Below are positions 22,906-36,815 of a stretch of 64,000 nucleotides of DNA, piece by piece. The DNA is taken from assembly GCA_028534125.1 (NCBI GenBank), contig CM052817.1:37326001-37390000 (forward strand). Direction: 5' to 3'. The position numbers and the translations under genes are program-made. A model generated the notes under the pieces. The model was not told the origin of the DNA, did no database searches, and saw only the letters and a program-made list of their open reading frames with translations. This stretch comes from Lama glama. Lineage: Eukaryota. The first letter of the stretch is position 1; each line of letters begins with the position of its first letter.

Positions 22906-25900
22906 TCACAGTTTGGCCAGTAAAGCTCTCAGGCTGTATTAAGTAGGGCAGACAAAGGTGTGCTGGAGTGTGCTCATCCGCAATGGCTCATAATTCCTTA
23001 GTCTCAAACCATCCAGGTATAGTATCCCTGCCAGCAGAGCACCTCAGAGCCATAAACTACCTGTCTGGTTAAATGTACCCACACAGATCTGTCCCTGCCT
23101 AAGGACCCCTCTGAGAGAGAGATGGCTGACAACATGAAGTTGCTTGTCAAGTTATAAAAACTCTGCTACAATATTTTAGAGCCCGTTTTAAATTTACAGA
23201 TTTGAGGTCACTGACCCTATAACAACCTCTGGATTCACAAGTCATCTCTAATGTGTTAAGGGGCCTTTCATATTCATTTCTTTCAAGAACAGGCTGTAAA
23301 TAAACTTGCACCGAAGTGGCCATTACCCAGTAACTTCTGGCCGGCTGACCTCGGGCCATGCTCCTAGGGCCTCAGTGCCAGCTTTCTGGTCAGCCCAGGA
23401 GCCCCCATCTGGGGGGAGAAAACAAGTCACATGGTGATTTGAAGCAGCTGACTGGATACACAAACAAGTCCACGTGCTGAAGTGCCCCTGGGGGGGAGGG
23501 TGCAAAGTCTGACCATCTGACCACCCAGCAGACATCCATGAATTCCACCAAAAGTTTGCAGACATATTTTTAGATAGGGAATAACTTTACTTTGCAGTAG
23601 CCAAGCTCTTGCTTTTGGATCATAGGCCACTATCTGCAAGGCACGACGCTGATGCCTCAGAAAGATCTCTGCAAAATGCATCAAACCACCTTCTCTACCA
23701 CTTTTTTTTTAATTAAGTGAACTAGAAAGACGTAATGGGGGAAACCACAGGCTTCAATTTCCAGTGCCTGGTGAGAGAGCGGCGACATGTGAGACTCACC
23801 AGCCATTACTAAGGTGGGCTGCACCACAGATGTTCTCACTGACAGAATCTGTTCCCTCCCCCTCCGACCGCGTCCCCAGTCAGCGTGGGGGCCTAAGCGA
23901 AGGCTGGAGAGTGGCTGGAGAGCGACAACAGGCCAGGCCAGGGTGCGCTTGCTTTGAGAGAGGTGGTGAAACTCCCAAGGAATTCAGAGCCGCCAGCCCG
24001 GTAGGCCCTGAATGCAGTCATTCAGCCAGCCCCCATGCTGGGGCCTGTCAGGGCACATTTACTCCCACTGTTCAAGGGCTGCTCCTTAGGGGGTAGGGGA
24101 CCATGTGTTAAAACACTGTGATGAAACTTAAGAAGACTAGTTAGTGTGATTCCCCCTTTTTCTCTTTCCCTTGCACTAAAATAAGAAAGAGCACGCGTGG
24201 AAGGAGGGAAGGGCAGGCCGGAGTTGGGCTTGGGACGTGGGCTGCAAGCACCTTCGCCGGCCAGAGCCCACGGGCCCTGCTGCTAATCTAGGTTAGTCAT
24301 GCAGGATCGCTGAATGCCACTGGGCGCTTCCATGGCAACCCGGCCCACGGGGCAGGCTGTGCACAGCTGACTACCCATTTATCACCCTTGACTGGTCACT
24401 TCGCACAGACCTTCCTCTGATGGATGTGACCAACTCACATTTAAAAGTTTAATTCTCCCTTGGAGGATACAGTGCAATTTCTCTTGTGTATTTATCTTCA
24501 TAGGTGTGGAAGAGACATTTGGCGGAAGGAAGGGGGAAATCCTGAAATCAACAGGGTGCATTAATTCTCAAAAAGAACGAGGCTTGTCACTGTTTTAGAA
24601 GCACTATGCCATCCTGATTTGAATGTACAAAGGACAGAGCAAAACATAAAACTCACAAGCCTATTCACAAAAGACAGGCAACTCTGGCTTCAGAGAGTGG
24701 TGATATATGTGTCACAAAGTGACAGAGGCAAAAGGACAGCAGGCTTGGGTGCTCACTTGTGCAAGTGACTTTTTTAGTTTGGAAGCCACCGCTGTTTTAA
24801 GTCCATCTTCTGGCCCTTTGTTTCCATATCCTCTATTCCTACAATTCAGGGATTGGAGAACATTTTTCACATTGGTTTTATGAAAAAAAGTCAATATGCT
24901 TCAAAGCACCATATTTTTTTTGTCATTAAACTGTATCACTCACAAATGCATTTAAATATGAGACATCAAAGTGGCTCCACGGTGGAAGGCAGAAGAAATG
25001 TTGCTTCAAAGAATGGAGAAAGTTTTCCTCTCCCGCTTTGCGCGTGTCAAAGAATTCACAACATACTTTCTCATAATAAAAATCACTCAGCTAAATCTTC
25101 CAAGGACTTCACCTTCACTACCCCCTGCACCACTTACACACACCACACACATGAAGAAAAAAATCAGAGACTTAATCCCAAAACAAAATCTCATTTTATA
25201 TAAAAAAAATAAATGTCAGCCAAGCAAAAGGACAAAATAGCATTATGTCACAAATGTTTTTCCTCGAGGAGCTCCCAAGGGACCATCTCAAACTAACAGC
25301 TCTCTCTGCTACTCTCTTCTGCTCGCTGCAAAATGCACAGCCTCGTCAAAACACTGAAATAGTTGTATGTGATGCCATTTTGCAAAATTAAATCCATCTT
25401 TTAAGATTTTTTTTTATATGTTAAGGGCATACACACTATGAGTTTTCAAGTAAGACAGTACCTACCTGGCCAAACTTGGCGGAGGCACGGGGAGTTACTT
25501 CAATTCTAAGGAGAGACGTGTTACTTTTAATTTATCTTTCCAAATGAATCTACCAGGTGCCTCTGCAGGCCTGTTAACGTAGACCAAAGGTCTGAGAGGA
25601 TACACTTTACAAAAATCTATCAAGAAGGAACCCCAGACTAGGGTGGAGGAGGTAGGTGGTTTAGGGAAGATCTTGCTTTAACATTCTGTTTTAAACATGC
25701 TTTTTCACAAGGAAGTAATTCATTCATTATTTGTATAGTTAAAATTTCTAATTAAAACCAAAAGCAGCAGCCTCAGACACATATAACATCAAAATAAGGG
25801 GTGAAGAAATACTGCTATGTTGATAATTTTGGCAGTTAACTCTCATTAGAACCACTGAAAACTGATTCTGGACCCTGGACTCAGCCTTTGACAGTCACTA

Positions 25901-27059
25901 AATAATAATTACAGACCCATCTTCATAAAACCAACTTGAAGGCTGTGTTCCAAAGTTCACACCAGCAGCTGCTGTTTTTTAACTGAAGTAGTCTCATTAT
26001 AACCCATTTTGTTCTTCTTAATAAGTCATATAAATGTATCTTGAGGGGCATTTTTTTTACCCTATAGATGGAAAATCACAAGAACTTGTCTTGCTCATTA
26101 ACTGGTCTTAAAGGGGGTGTGGGGGTAAGGGGGAAATCGTCAGCGGGGGGGGGGGGCGCAGTGGGGATACACAGCTCTAACAAAAGTAGGATGAGGAAAA
26201 GGAGACAGATGAGCTAATGCGTCCCTGTGTGCCGTACACCAGGTCCCGGATCTTCCAAACACATTTTAAAAATAAGAAACTAGTTCTGACAGAGGAAGGC
26301 CTTGGTGCCAGTGACACAATTACACAAACCACACCAGGGAGAAGAAATCATTCCTAATTTCGAAGATCTGATGATGTAGATAGCTAGCAGTTAATCAACT
26401 ATTTGTTTTTAATGTTATTTGAAGTGAGAACGTATTAACGTTACTGACAAATTCCAGAAAACTTGGTCTGAGAAGGGTTCCCTAAAAATGCAGACAGGAC
26501 TTAACTGCAGTTTATTGAAAGGACATACAGAAATTACTCCCTATAGTGGCAACAGGCTCACTGGGGCTAAATCTGACACCTGACTAGTTGTTAATGTTTA
26601 TGTCCCCTTTAGTTAGAAGGATCCCTGGTGATCCAGAGCCACCTCTGCCTGCCTGCTTGTGGGCACTGCGCATTTGGCACCCATCAGAAACATGGGTAGA
26701 AGCTTCCCCTGCAAGTCTGGTCTGTGCTAGGATCAGCCAGAGCTCTGGCCTCATTCCCAGGGCATTCTGCTTACACACTCAACTGACCATGAAGGACCAC
26801 ATCACATACCTATAAAATAATGAGGCTGCTGAAAGTCTGTATCATTACAGCTACAAATTAAAAGAATGCTGCGGTCACAAACTAAGGAAGAATGCAGACA
26901 AGCAAGCCTTAAGTTTTGTTTTTTTAATGCTCACCTCATTTAATTCATACTCAACTTAAAAAAAAAAAGTCTAGGGCATTAAATCAATTAAGCATCCAAA
27001 ATTGAAATGAAGTGTTGTGTGGACTTCCTCCCTTCTTGTCATCCTGAGCTACCTAGCTC

Positions 27060-27570
27060 CACAAAGCTGCCTCTCTCTAAAAAGCATGCGTCTGATCCTG
27101 TTACTCACCCATCTGATAAACTCTCTGAGCCCCCTGCTGCCTACAGGATTAAAGCTGACGGGTGACTGTGCAAGCAACCCTTTTCCACCTGGCTTCCACT
27201 TACCTCTCAGTCCTCACAGAGGACCCTTTTCCGCTCACTGCCTCCCCGTTCAACCCTGAGCACAAGGAACTGGGAGGCTGCAGAAACAGCCCTCCTCTCT
27301 CTGCCAGTTCCCTAATGAACTCCTAACTTGACTTAACTCCTAACCTGACTTTCAAAGCCTTCCAAAACATCCCTGCCTCCACTCTCACCTCCCATCTCCT
27401 GCTGTGAATGATTTCTTTCTCGTGAAACATTCTTCTTGCCAATCTGCCCATGTTTACATTTACAAAAATAAGACTGTACGAGCCTACAGATGTCCTTTAT
27501 TAGACTGTGAGCTCCTTAAGGGCAAGGACTATTTCTGAGTGCTTAGCAAAAAGTGGTACTTAACACATCT
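27060..27570 (+). mobile_element. LINE-2 3' relic (approximate bounds)
   Basis: tagactgtgagctccttaagggcaaggact 3' motif and upstream pyrimidine-rich L2 segments. Confidence 0.65.
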
Positions 27571-27999
27571 TTGACTAAAACAATTATATTCCAGCCTTAC
27601 TCAATTGCAAACAACCCAGAATTCCGCCGAATCCTGCCAGTCTTCTTTTACTATTTGATGACAAATATGATTCATTGTCTGATGCCTAAAACCGATTTTA
27701 CCAGACTGTTGTACGCATCAAGTGACTCAAACCTGGAAGGAAGCTGACATCGTTCTTTTCCAGATCAGCCGTGCAAGCCACCTCAGCTCACAGAGCACAT
27801 TTATCAGTTAATGTTATAGGTTTTATTCTTCAACTAGTCATAAAAGTCCAACTATACTACATCAAAGGAAAAAAAAGTTTGGCAACACTTAGAGCAAACA
27901 CAATTTTAAATTAACAAGATTCAAAATACTAATTAGGTGTCTCTAGGACTAAAACTTCAGCAACAACACTCCCACAATGAAAAATTCTCTCAGAAAACA

Positions 28000-28550
28000 C
28001 ACGATCTAGGAGGATTTTAAAATGCAAATCAGATTATGTGGCCCCTTCCACTGAGGAAAGCCCTCCACCTCCAAAGGCTCCCTCAGCGTCCAAGATTCCC
28101 ATCCAGACGCCTGGCCAGGAGGTTCCTTCCTCACTTCCTCTCCACTGCTGCCTCCCGCATCCGTTCCCCTCCAGTGTGGCCTTCTCATGCCTGCTCGAGC
28201 TGTGTACTGCTGAGCCCCGCCTGGATACTCTGTCCCTAAAGACGAGGACAACGTTGTCACCAGTATCTCCGGTTAAGTAGCAGCTTCTCATCGAGGTCCC
28301 ATCTGAATGGCCACTCTGCCCCACCCCCCCCCCGGGCTTTCCAGCACTTCACTCTGCTCTCTTTTTATCACTATCTAACATGGTCTTGTCTGTTCATTTA
28401 TCTGTTTAATTATGTTTGGATCCCCACCCTTACCTCCAGGAAGAATGTAAGCTCTGTAGAAGGTCAGTCACCATTCCTCTCTTCCTCCTCACTATGTACC
28501 CAGCACTAACCTATTAGGCTAAATGAGTATTAGTTGAGTGGATGGAATTC
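28000..28550 (+). mobile_element. LINE-2 3' relic (approximate bounds)
   Basis: aaaatgcaaatcagattatg...agaatgtaagctctgtagaagg...tacccagcac...gttgagtggatg. Confidence 0.7.
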
Positions 28551-28599
28551 TGCATACAGCTGCAGACATAATAGTAGTTTTTTTTTTAATTAAAAAAAA

Positions 28600-28756
28600 T
28601 CATACACACCAAATATGCCACACTGATGAGGGATGTTGAGGGTAGGGAAGTATACATGTGTGGGTGGGGAGGGCTATGTGGGAACTCCGTGTTTTCTGCT
28701 CAATTCTGTTGTGAACCTGAAACTGCTCTAAAAGAATAAAGTCTATTAAAAAAACA
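28600..28756 (+). mobile_element. Old LINE-1 (L1M) 3' end
   Basis: tatgtgggaactccgtgttttctgctcaattctgttgtgaacctgaaactgctctaaaa..aataaagtctatt plus A tail. Confidence 0.85.
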
Positions 28757-31700
28757 TACAATTTGAAGTTAACAGAAGCATTTTCAAAAGACAATCTTTT
28801 TTTTTAACTAAGCAGTTATGGATAGCATCCTCTGATTAATACATCAAATTTTCAATCACCACATAGAAAGCAAGCGAAAAAACAGTCATTTCCAAAAGCA
28901 TCTTGTATCTCAAGAAACTGCTAAAATGTCCCTAAGTGGATTTTTAAAAGCAACTCTTTTCTCAAATTATACAGGAGCAGTTTTGTGTTGTTGTTTTAAA
29001 GAAAAGACTAAATCTAGTCATAAGAGATCAAACATACTAAGTGGCTATTTTTTAATCACTCAACAGCTTAAACATCAGATAATTTCCAACACACACCAAA
29101 CTGAACAAACTATACTCTATAGAACAGCTTGGAAAACTGTACAGGATTTACCATTCCAAAAGGAAGAGTCCCTCCCAATGACTGAACTTCTAACACACAT
29201 TCCAGAAAACCAATTGCACCACATACGATAAGAAGAACTGTTTGAAACCGGGCCAATGTACCAAATCCAGCTCCAGCCAGAACAAATGCTCAGCATTTAG
29301 ACTTGCTAACCAACTGCAAAAAGCAACAGGAAAAGGCTTACACTTGGAAAATGAAAGGAAAAGCAATGTCTGTGTATTGATAAGAACAGTGGGAACAATG
29401 GGATAATAAGGATACTGGCAGGATGCGATTTATTTCCCTAAAGAAGAAAATATTAAGAAACATTTATTCTTTAAATGAGTACAGAGAGATCCAACACATT
29501 TTTCAGTTAATGAACAAACCCCGGCAAATGGCAGGGCTCCTCCTCTACCTGCTTAATGAAGCTCAATCCACAAAGGAAGAGAGGATCTAAAACTGAACTC
29601 AAGGATCCTCCCATTCCCCAATCAACACACAACTTGCAGGAGTAGAAATAATCGCCAGTTGTGTTTTAAACCTAGTTGAACGGGCTGCTGTGGACATACA
29701 TATGAAGAGACAAACTTCCTAGGACTGAAACAAGTTTGCAGGCTCGAACAATCGCATGGAACAAAACCACACAGATATCGAATCTTCCCTGCGATTTACA
29801 CAAAGGAGAACAAAAACCTAAGAATAAAGTGTTTCTGTAAGTGTTTCTACAGAACCATCAGCGTTTTCCTTTACATCTTGACTTACAGTTCTCTCTCCTT
29901 TTGGTTAACTGCACATGTCACATTTGTTTTTCACAGAAAGAAAGCTCCGTGTCATAAAAACTAGAGCCAATCTCATTATTCCCTTTCATTCCACAGAAAA
30001 CTCGAGTAGGAAGAACAGGGCGAGTATTATAGGAGAAGAAAGCTGGAAACATGCATTGGTGTTTTATATGGCAACAAGCAACAATTACACGTTTCTAAAT
30101 ATTCTCATTTCATTATAACCCCGGCTCACCTCCTACCACCCGCTGTAACTGGCCTGGCCTTAAAGCTGAACAGTAAGTCATTGTGTTTCTGGAGAAGTCT
30201 CCCTTCATTTTGACCTCTGCTGAGCAGTGTTATGAGCCTTACAAAGCTTGTCAGGATTCTTTGGCTGGATTTTGGCCCAGCCGTGAACATTTATATGCAG
30301 AATCTATCATTCTTTTTCCCCATCACTGCCAACAGGCAGTTCACTTGCATAAAACAAAGGGTATTTATCAAACTTAATAAAGCACCCTTCCCCTTCTTCA
30401 ATGCTAGTAAGCTAGAATCGGAGAGCTCAATTACGTGAAAAGGAAAAGCAGCACACTTCAGGATTCTGCAGATTATGCCCTTTAGAATGCTTCAGAATTT
30501 CCATTTTTACCTCTCTCTTCAAAAAGCAGAGGCTAATATATCCATTGTAAGGAAATGATAAGGAAACATTCAAAATTATCAAATACACTGTTAACTTACA
30601 TTAAACAAGGCCTCTGATTGTTAAGTATTTTCTTCAAACAGAACGGCATTTTAAATATTATTTACGCCACTCAAAGTTATTTAAGAGCGCTGCTGCACTC
30701 ATCTCTGGTTTTCTGCAGTCCGACTCAAGATCTTAACCCGAAGAACGGGAACAGGAGATGCTTCCAGTCAACCCTGACCCCTTTGTGCTAGACCCAGCAA
30801 CAAAAGAAGTAAAGACACAACCTAGTGGGAGAAATAAAAGGGGGGGACCACTACGAGTGACTACAGAGGTCGGTTACAAGTGCTCAAGAATCAGAGGAGA
30901 ACACCAGGCTACATGGAGGGGCCTTGGACAATTTAATTAAAAGCAGTGCCACCTGAGCTGGCAGGCTGGGCAGAAGTCTGGTAGAGCGGAAGGGACCCCC
31001 ACACCCGTGCTGAGCAAGGGATCCTTGGCCGTGGGTATCTGCACCCATCTCGCCTCGTTCCCCACCCACAACTCCTCGTAGAACGGATCCAAAGAACCCT
31101 GGGGTGTTTGTGGGGGTGACAGCTTTTTGCAGCCATCCACTCTGAGAGGCTGGCCTAGGCCTCAACGGTCTTTCTTGGGGACAGTCCCCGGATAACGGCG
31201 TGTGGGCTTTCCTCAGCCTGAAACAATCATCTCAAATACCCCACACACCAAAAACTGTCCATTTTAGAAAATGAATGGGGTGGGGGTGTCAAAGTTTAGA
31301 ATGCAAATGGACTTGACAGTGGCCACAGACGATCACAAGAGCAAAGCGGATGACTCCTCCCACACCCTCCTTCCCTGCTGCGTGGAGGGCAGCCCCAGGG
31401 CCCGAGCGCACAGCCCGCTACAGAGTCTCTCCATGCAGTCCGCCTTGACTGCCTAATTCAAGTGTTTTACACTGTTTTCAAGACCTCCAATGTATCATTC
31501 TGTTTGCTGAGCCAGCAGTCACAATTCCAGAACTGAAAAAGTTAAGCAGTAAATTTAAAAGGAACGTTTAATTGAATATCTCCACCTGAAACTGTGCCTT
31601 AACTTCCCGACATGATTGGGCCAGAAACTTCAGAGCTGTGAGTAAAATTAGTTAGAGAATAAGGCTACCAGTGCCAAAGAAGGGGAAAAAAAATTTTTTT

Positions 31701-31797
31701 TAACATTCTTATTTGACTTAACATTGATCAACATTCACGCTTCCACCTGTAAATGTGCACTGAACAAAGTTAGCAGAAACTAAAAGAGGGACGGGAA

Positions 31798-31945
31798 CAG
31801 GGGTTGGCCAGCTATGGCCTATGGGCCAAGTCTGGCCCAGCTGCCTGTTTTTGTGAACACTGATTCGAACACAACCGTGCCCGTTTGTTTACATACTGTC
31901 CGCAGATGCCGCAGCCCTAAGACAGCAGAGGTGAGGAGCTGCCAA
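31798..31945. mobile_element. hAT-Charlie MER58A-like fragment
   Basis: caggggttggc..ctatggcc..tgggccaa.tctggccc..tgcctgtttttgt..gtttacatactgtc. Confidence 0.8.
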
Positions 31946-33859
31946 GTTGAGTGGTGGCAGCGAAGAATGTAAAGATATACAAAATCTCTACTCTTATCTC
32001 TAATTATCCAATTTTAATGCCTTACTCTCTTATTCCAAAAGATCTGGATAATGCAGTGTGTGGCGAGACATGTCCTAAGCTGCCAAGCCTTCGGGTTCCA
32101 GCGCCACCCACAACGTGCCACTCACACTAGGATGCTATCCGCCATCTCCAGGACTCAGCTTCCCCATCTCAATACCTTGTCTGGCCTAACAGTCAAAAGC
32201 CTCAAAGAGTTGCAAAAAAAAAAAAAAAAAAGTGTGCTGGTGGAAGTCGGGGAGATGCATGAAGCATAAAAACCATGCCAGTCACTGGTTCCAGCTGCAT
32301 CTTCAACAGAATAATGGCCTTCACACTACAACTCTTAACAATTTTACGATGAAATAAATGGAAAAGGACAGGATGTAAGGGAGATGGCAGAGCAAAAGAA
32401 AAAACATTAGGGGAAGCTCTGGGATTAAAAACTCCCAAGGCACAGTGAGTCCATCCAACTTCCCTGAGCTATCTACTCCAGCAGGCGGGTGTGGCTTTTG
32501 GAAAATATGAAGAATTAGGCCAGTGGCTGCTATTAAAGGTCAGAACTCACTGTTCCTCAATGTCCTGGTTCTTTAGAAGTCTGGTGGGAGACTGCACCAC
32601 TAGATTTGAGTCCCTTTATTTCAATAAAAGAACAGCTGTTAGGCTGATGGTAAAAGGCAACTGGTTCACAGCCTTGATAAATTAAGCTGGGATCTTCCAA
32701 TGGAGGTACAGTGAACCTCTTATTTCATGTCTTATTCCTTTGAATTTAAAACCTCCTAGGGGATCTCCCAGGAATTGAGGCTGCTACCCTCACCTCTGCT
32801 CTCAGGGGGACGCTGCCTCCCTCACAACTCTGGCCCAATCACAGACTCAACTGTTTCCTTACACTCAAATGGCTGAGACATAACTGGAATGTTCACATTA
32901 AACTTTACCAAAAGCTGGAGGATAACAGAACAGAAATAAGCAGGTAACATGCAACCAAATAATTTGATTGACAATTTACAACTTTTCTCGATTCAGCTTG
33001 GAGCCCTGGATTATGTATAGAACCACCGCCAGGGAAGACATGCCATCACCCCCAGACTTCTCTCATCCTGCCCAAGAGGGAGGCTCTGAGAGCCCTGCGC
33101 CCACCCACATGGGATGACAGAAGTCACCTAAGCCTACCTCTTTCGGGAGAGCCCCCACCTTCCTACCCATGACTATCACGCATAACCCTGGAAGCACACA
33201 ACCCAGTCAGCCTAGCATTCATTCCTCTAACTCACACACCCTTAACAAAGGAGCAAGGGGTGGGTTACTTACACTCTGTTCCAGGCATTTTATTGTTACC
33301 CCAAAACAGGGAGGTCTTAAAGAATGGGTGGGGCCTGTAGTCCTCGCAAAGTGTCTTCACTAGGGCAAGGGCTAACTCAAACCAAAAAAATGTATCTTTA
33401 ATGATTCTAGAGTCAGACTCAAATGTTCTAAGTACTCTGTAAAGAAGAATTTGCTTATTTTAAGGAAAGCAGTCACCATATCCCTAGTCATGGACACAGA
33501 AGAAATTTCAGTTTCAGCAGTCATGGCAGAAGTCATTTTAAAACAATATTCAATGTATCTTAGAAGGTGCTAAAATGCCAGAAACTTAATTCCAATCCAA
33601 GAGAATTCTTAGCAAGAGAAATCTAGGTAAAGAAAAATGTACCTTAACCAATGGTTTTAGTCTGAGTCCTCTATAAACTAAGTAAATAATCTCTACAAAA
33701 TGAGACACTATCAAGCACATACAACTCATCCTACAATTAAAAAAAAGAAAGAAATGACACCCTGGAAGGAGGAAAAATAAAACAGAAGAATGTCTGTTTA
33801 CTCATCTTCTAATCATCCTCCCACATACACACCAAAAAAATAGCCCTAAGATTAGTTCT

Positions 33860-34240
33860 ATAACTTATTCATAGTTTGAGTTACACAGACGTATGCCTTG
33901 TCAAAACATACCAGTGCACTCAAGGTTTGTACATTTTGAGGCATAGAAATTTTATGGCAGAAGGGGAAGGGGGGGTCACTGTAAATAAATACTTGAACAT
34001 CAGTTAATGGCATACAAGCCTAAGTATTTAGGGGGAAGTACACTGATATCTGCAAATGATATAAAAAGCACAAAAGGCAGACTGCTGGACAGTTTCAGAG
34101 ACGAAGAGATGAAGAGATACATGGTAACGCAAGTTCAATAAAGTGTTAACAATATAATCTGGGAATAAGGCTTTTTACTGCGGAATTCTTTCAACTTTTC
34201 TGATGGTTTGGAAATGCTCACATTACAACATTAAGAAAAA
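33860..34240 (+). mobile_element. Old LINE-1 (L1MC/ME-like) 3' UTR fragments
   Basis: ttgtcaaaac..cactcaag.tttgtacattt; aagtatttagggggaagtacactgatatctgcaa; aattctttcaacttttctg. Confidence 0.65.
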
Positions 34241-35424
34241 CCACAAGAATAAACTAGTAAATACGATAGGAGCTGAGAGGCTGCCCCATGCTGGGAGCTC
34301 CCACATCTTTCCCTCAGACATATTCAGAGACTTCTGGTGAAATCTGAATTTTTATCAGAAAGGAAGAACTTGGAAGCACAAATTCACCTATCCAATAGCA
34401 TGGTGGACCTTTGGAAGGAAAGGAAGGAACTAAGAGTGGCCCTGAACTTGTGAGACACATGATCACATCTGCTGTGAGCGTAACTGAAACAGCTTGATCG
34501 TCTGCGTGCATGGTGCGCATGAGTGGTCTCTGCACAAGCACACTGAGCAAAACCTTACCTCACTCCTTCAACGTCTTGCTCTAGCTTCTGCTTTTTGCTC
34601 TATTGAGAAACTACAAGCCATCAGGCAGAGATACATACACACATTTGCAGGAGTCAGTTTCAGGCTCCCATCTGCAAAGCTTTCAGGGCAATCGCCTTAG
34701 CAACCGCCATGAAGACTTAATTCACCTTTTCCTCCTCCTTCCCTTCCCCATCTTCAACTTGAAAAAAAAAAAGTTTTTCCCTATTTGAGAACTAGGTTGT
34801 TTGTGAGGTTTTGGAAAATTAATCTTCTTTGATTCTTGTCCTATTTCTTCATGTACTGATTTAGTGCCTATAAAGGAAGCACCAGAATCACATTTCCTTC
34901 TTCATATTTCAAAGTGTTTTTCCTGCAAGCCTTCCCTACAAAAGTACCAAGCAAGAAAGCTTTGGGCTTTAAGGAGGGCCTAATTCTATGGTTCCGTTTT
35001 CCCTAGTTTGAGCTACATCTGATATCTAACATACAAAAGGCCCAGATTTTAGAAATGCATTTTACACAAGTAAATCTGTAATACAATAGGTGGTTACCTT
35101 ATACCTACCAATCTCCGTTTCTGCATAATTTTTTCCCTCAAACTAGTTCAAAATGCTGCTGCAATCAACCTCTTCCCTGGCAGGTAGGTTGAGGCCCACC
35201 TCACTCAGGGTTCTCTCCTTGCTCCTTTAGAAAGCTCGCCCTCATTCTCTGCTAATGCGCCCTCGCCACCTCCGACCCCTCGACCACCTCCTGCTACTGA
35301 GCAGCTGGATGGCCACTCAAGGTCTCCAAATGGAGACCTTCTTTGGTTGAATCTGGAGAAGGCAGAGAGGAGGCTGAGCAATATAGGGCAGGGTGGAGCA
35401 TGCTGGTTACCAGCATACTGAGCT

Positions 35425-35630
35425 GGGTAAGAGCATGGTCTCTGGAGTTAGCAAGGGGTCAAACTGGGCTCTGCCACTTGCCAGCTGTGATCCTCTGGGC
35501 AAGTCATTTAACCTGAGTCTCAGTTACATCAGCCATAAAGGGGGGGGGGGTGCTAATAATAGCCCCAAGTCCCTAAGATTAATATGAGGATTAAGTGAGC
35601 TAATGACTGCTAAAGTGCACAGTCAACAGA
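35425..35630 (+). mobile_element. MIR relic
   Basis: taagagcatggtctctggagt...gctctgccacttgccagctgtgatcctctgggcaagtcatttaacct...tgaggattaagtgagctaat. Confidence 0.85.
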
Positions 35631-36037
35631 GCACTGAAGTGGGTAAGCAAGAAGTCTAAAAATGCCCCCCAGATGCAACTCCAGCCCTAAAAACTATACC
35701 CAGCTCTTCACCCGCTCAGGTTTGACACTCTCCTAATTCACAGCTTGTATCCATTCAAGCTGGTGCCCACGCCACGGCCCTTCTGCTTCAACAAATCCTT
35801 CCCTCACCACACTCAGAAGTGTTTCTTCCATTTTCTGAGTTTCTATGAGAAGTCTGACCACTTCTCCCTTTTCTACAGGGCTGTGTAATCCCCACGGTAC
35901 CCAGCAATGTCTTGTGTACTGTGTCCCAAAAGGCTAAGTAACTCATACTTGGGGCTAGCACTGATTAACTGGAAGTCTGATGACAAGGTACAGGTGCTCT
36001 CTGAAGCACACCTATGATGAGGGGGACCTGGAGAGCA

Positions 36038-36315
36038 GAGGTCCGCAATCATGGCACTGCTAATGTTCTGAGCCAAATCGTTCTCTGTAGTGACGGCTGT
36101 CCTGTGCATTTCCAGGATGTTTAGCAGGATGGCCTCTATCTTAAATGATGGTAGCACACCCTCCTCCCCACTGTAACAATCAAATACGCGTGGTGGGAAG
36201 AGGAGTTGGAGGGTACAGCTCAGCGGTGGAGTGCAGTGCTTCGCAAGCACAAGGTCCTGGGTTCAAACCCCAGTACTTGCATTGAAATAAATAAATTAAA
36301 ATGTTTCTAGACATT
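36038..36315. mobile_element. hAT MER20-like element interrupted by a SINE and cut by the assembly gap
   Basis: ggcactgctaatgtt...ggctgtcctgtgcatt..aggatgtttagcag...tggcctcta; resumes as aaaatgtttctagacatt after the SINE. Confidence 0.75.
36205..36299 (+). mobile_element. tRNA-derived SINE (Vic-1-like)
   Basis: ggagggtacagctcagcggtggagtgc...gcacaaggtcctgggttcaaaccccagtac plus (AAAT)n tail. Confidence 0.88.
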
Positions 36316-36815
36316 NNNNNNNNNNNNNNNNNNNNNNNNNNNNNNNNNNNNNNNNNNNNNNNNNNNNNNNNNNNNNNNNNNNNNNNNNNNNNNNNNNNNN
36401 NNNNNNNNNNNNNNNNNNNNNNNNNNNNNNNNNNNNNNNNNNNNNNNNNNNNNNNNNNNNNNNNNNNNNNNNNNNNNNNNNNNNNNNNNNNNNNNNNNNN
36501 NNNNNNNNNNNNNNNNNNNNNNNNNNNNNNNNNNNNNNNNNNNNNNNNNNNNNNNNNNNNNNNNNNNNNNNNNNNNNNNNNNNNNNNNNNNNNNNNNNNN
36601 NNNNNNNNNNNNNNNNNNNNNNNNNNNNNNNNNNNNNNNNNNNNNNNNNNNNNNNNNNNNNNNNNNNNNNNNNNNNNNNNNNNNNNNNNNNNNNNNNNNN
36701 NNNNNNNNNNNNNNNNNNNNNNNNNNNNNNNNNNNNNNNNNNNNNNNNNNNNNNNNNNNNNNNNNNNNNNNNNNNNNNNNNNNNNNNNNNNNNNNNNNNN
36801 NNNNNNNNNNNNNNN
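36316..36815. other. Assembly gap (500 N)
   Basis: Run of N. The round length suggests a placeholder of unknown true size. Confidence 0.99.

Noticed and set aside
35090..35130. Possible extra alternative first exon (minus-strand ATGCAGAAACGGAGATTG followed by several GT donors)
   Set aside because: Several competing donors in different phases and no clear promoter evidence. Not supportable from sequence alone.
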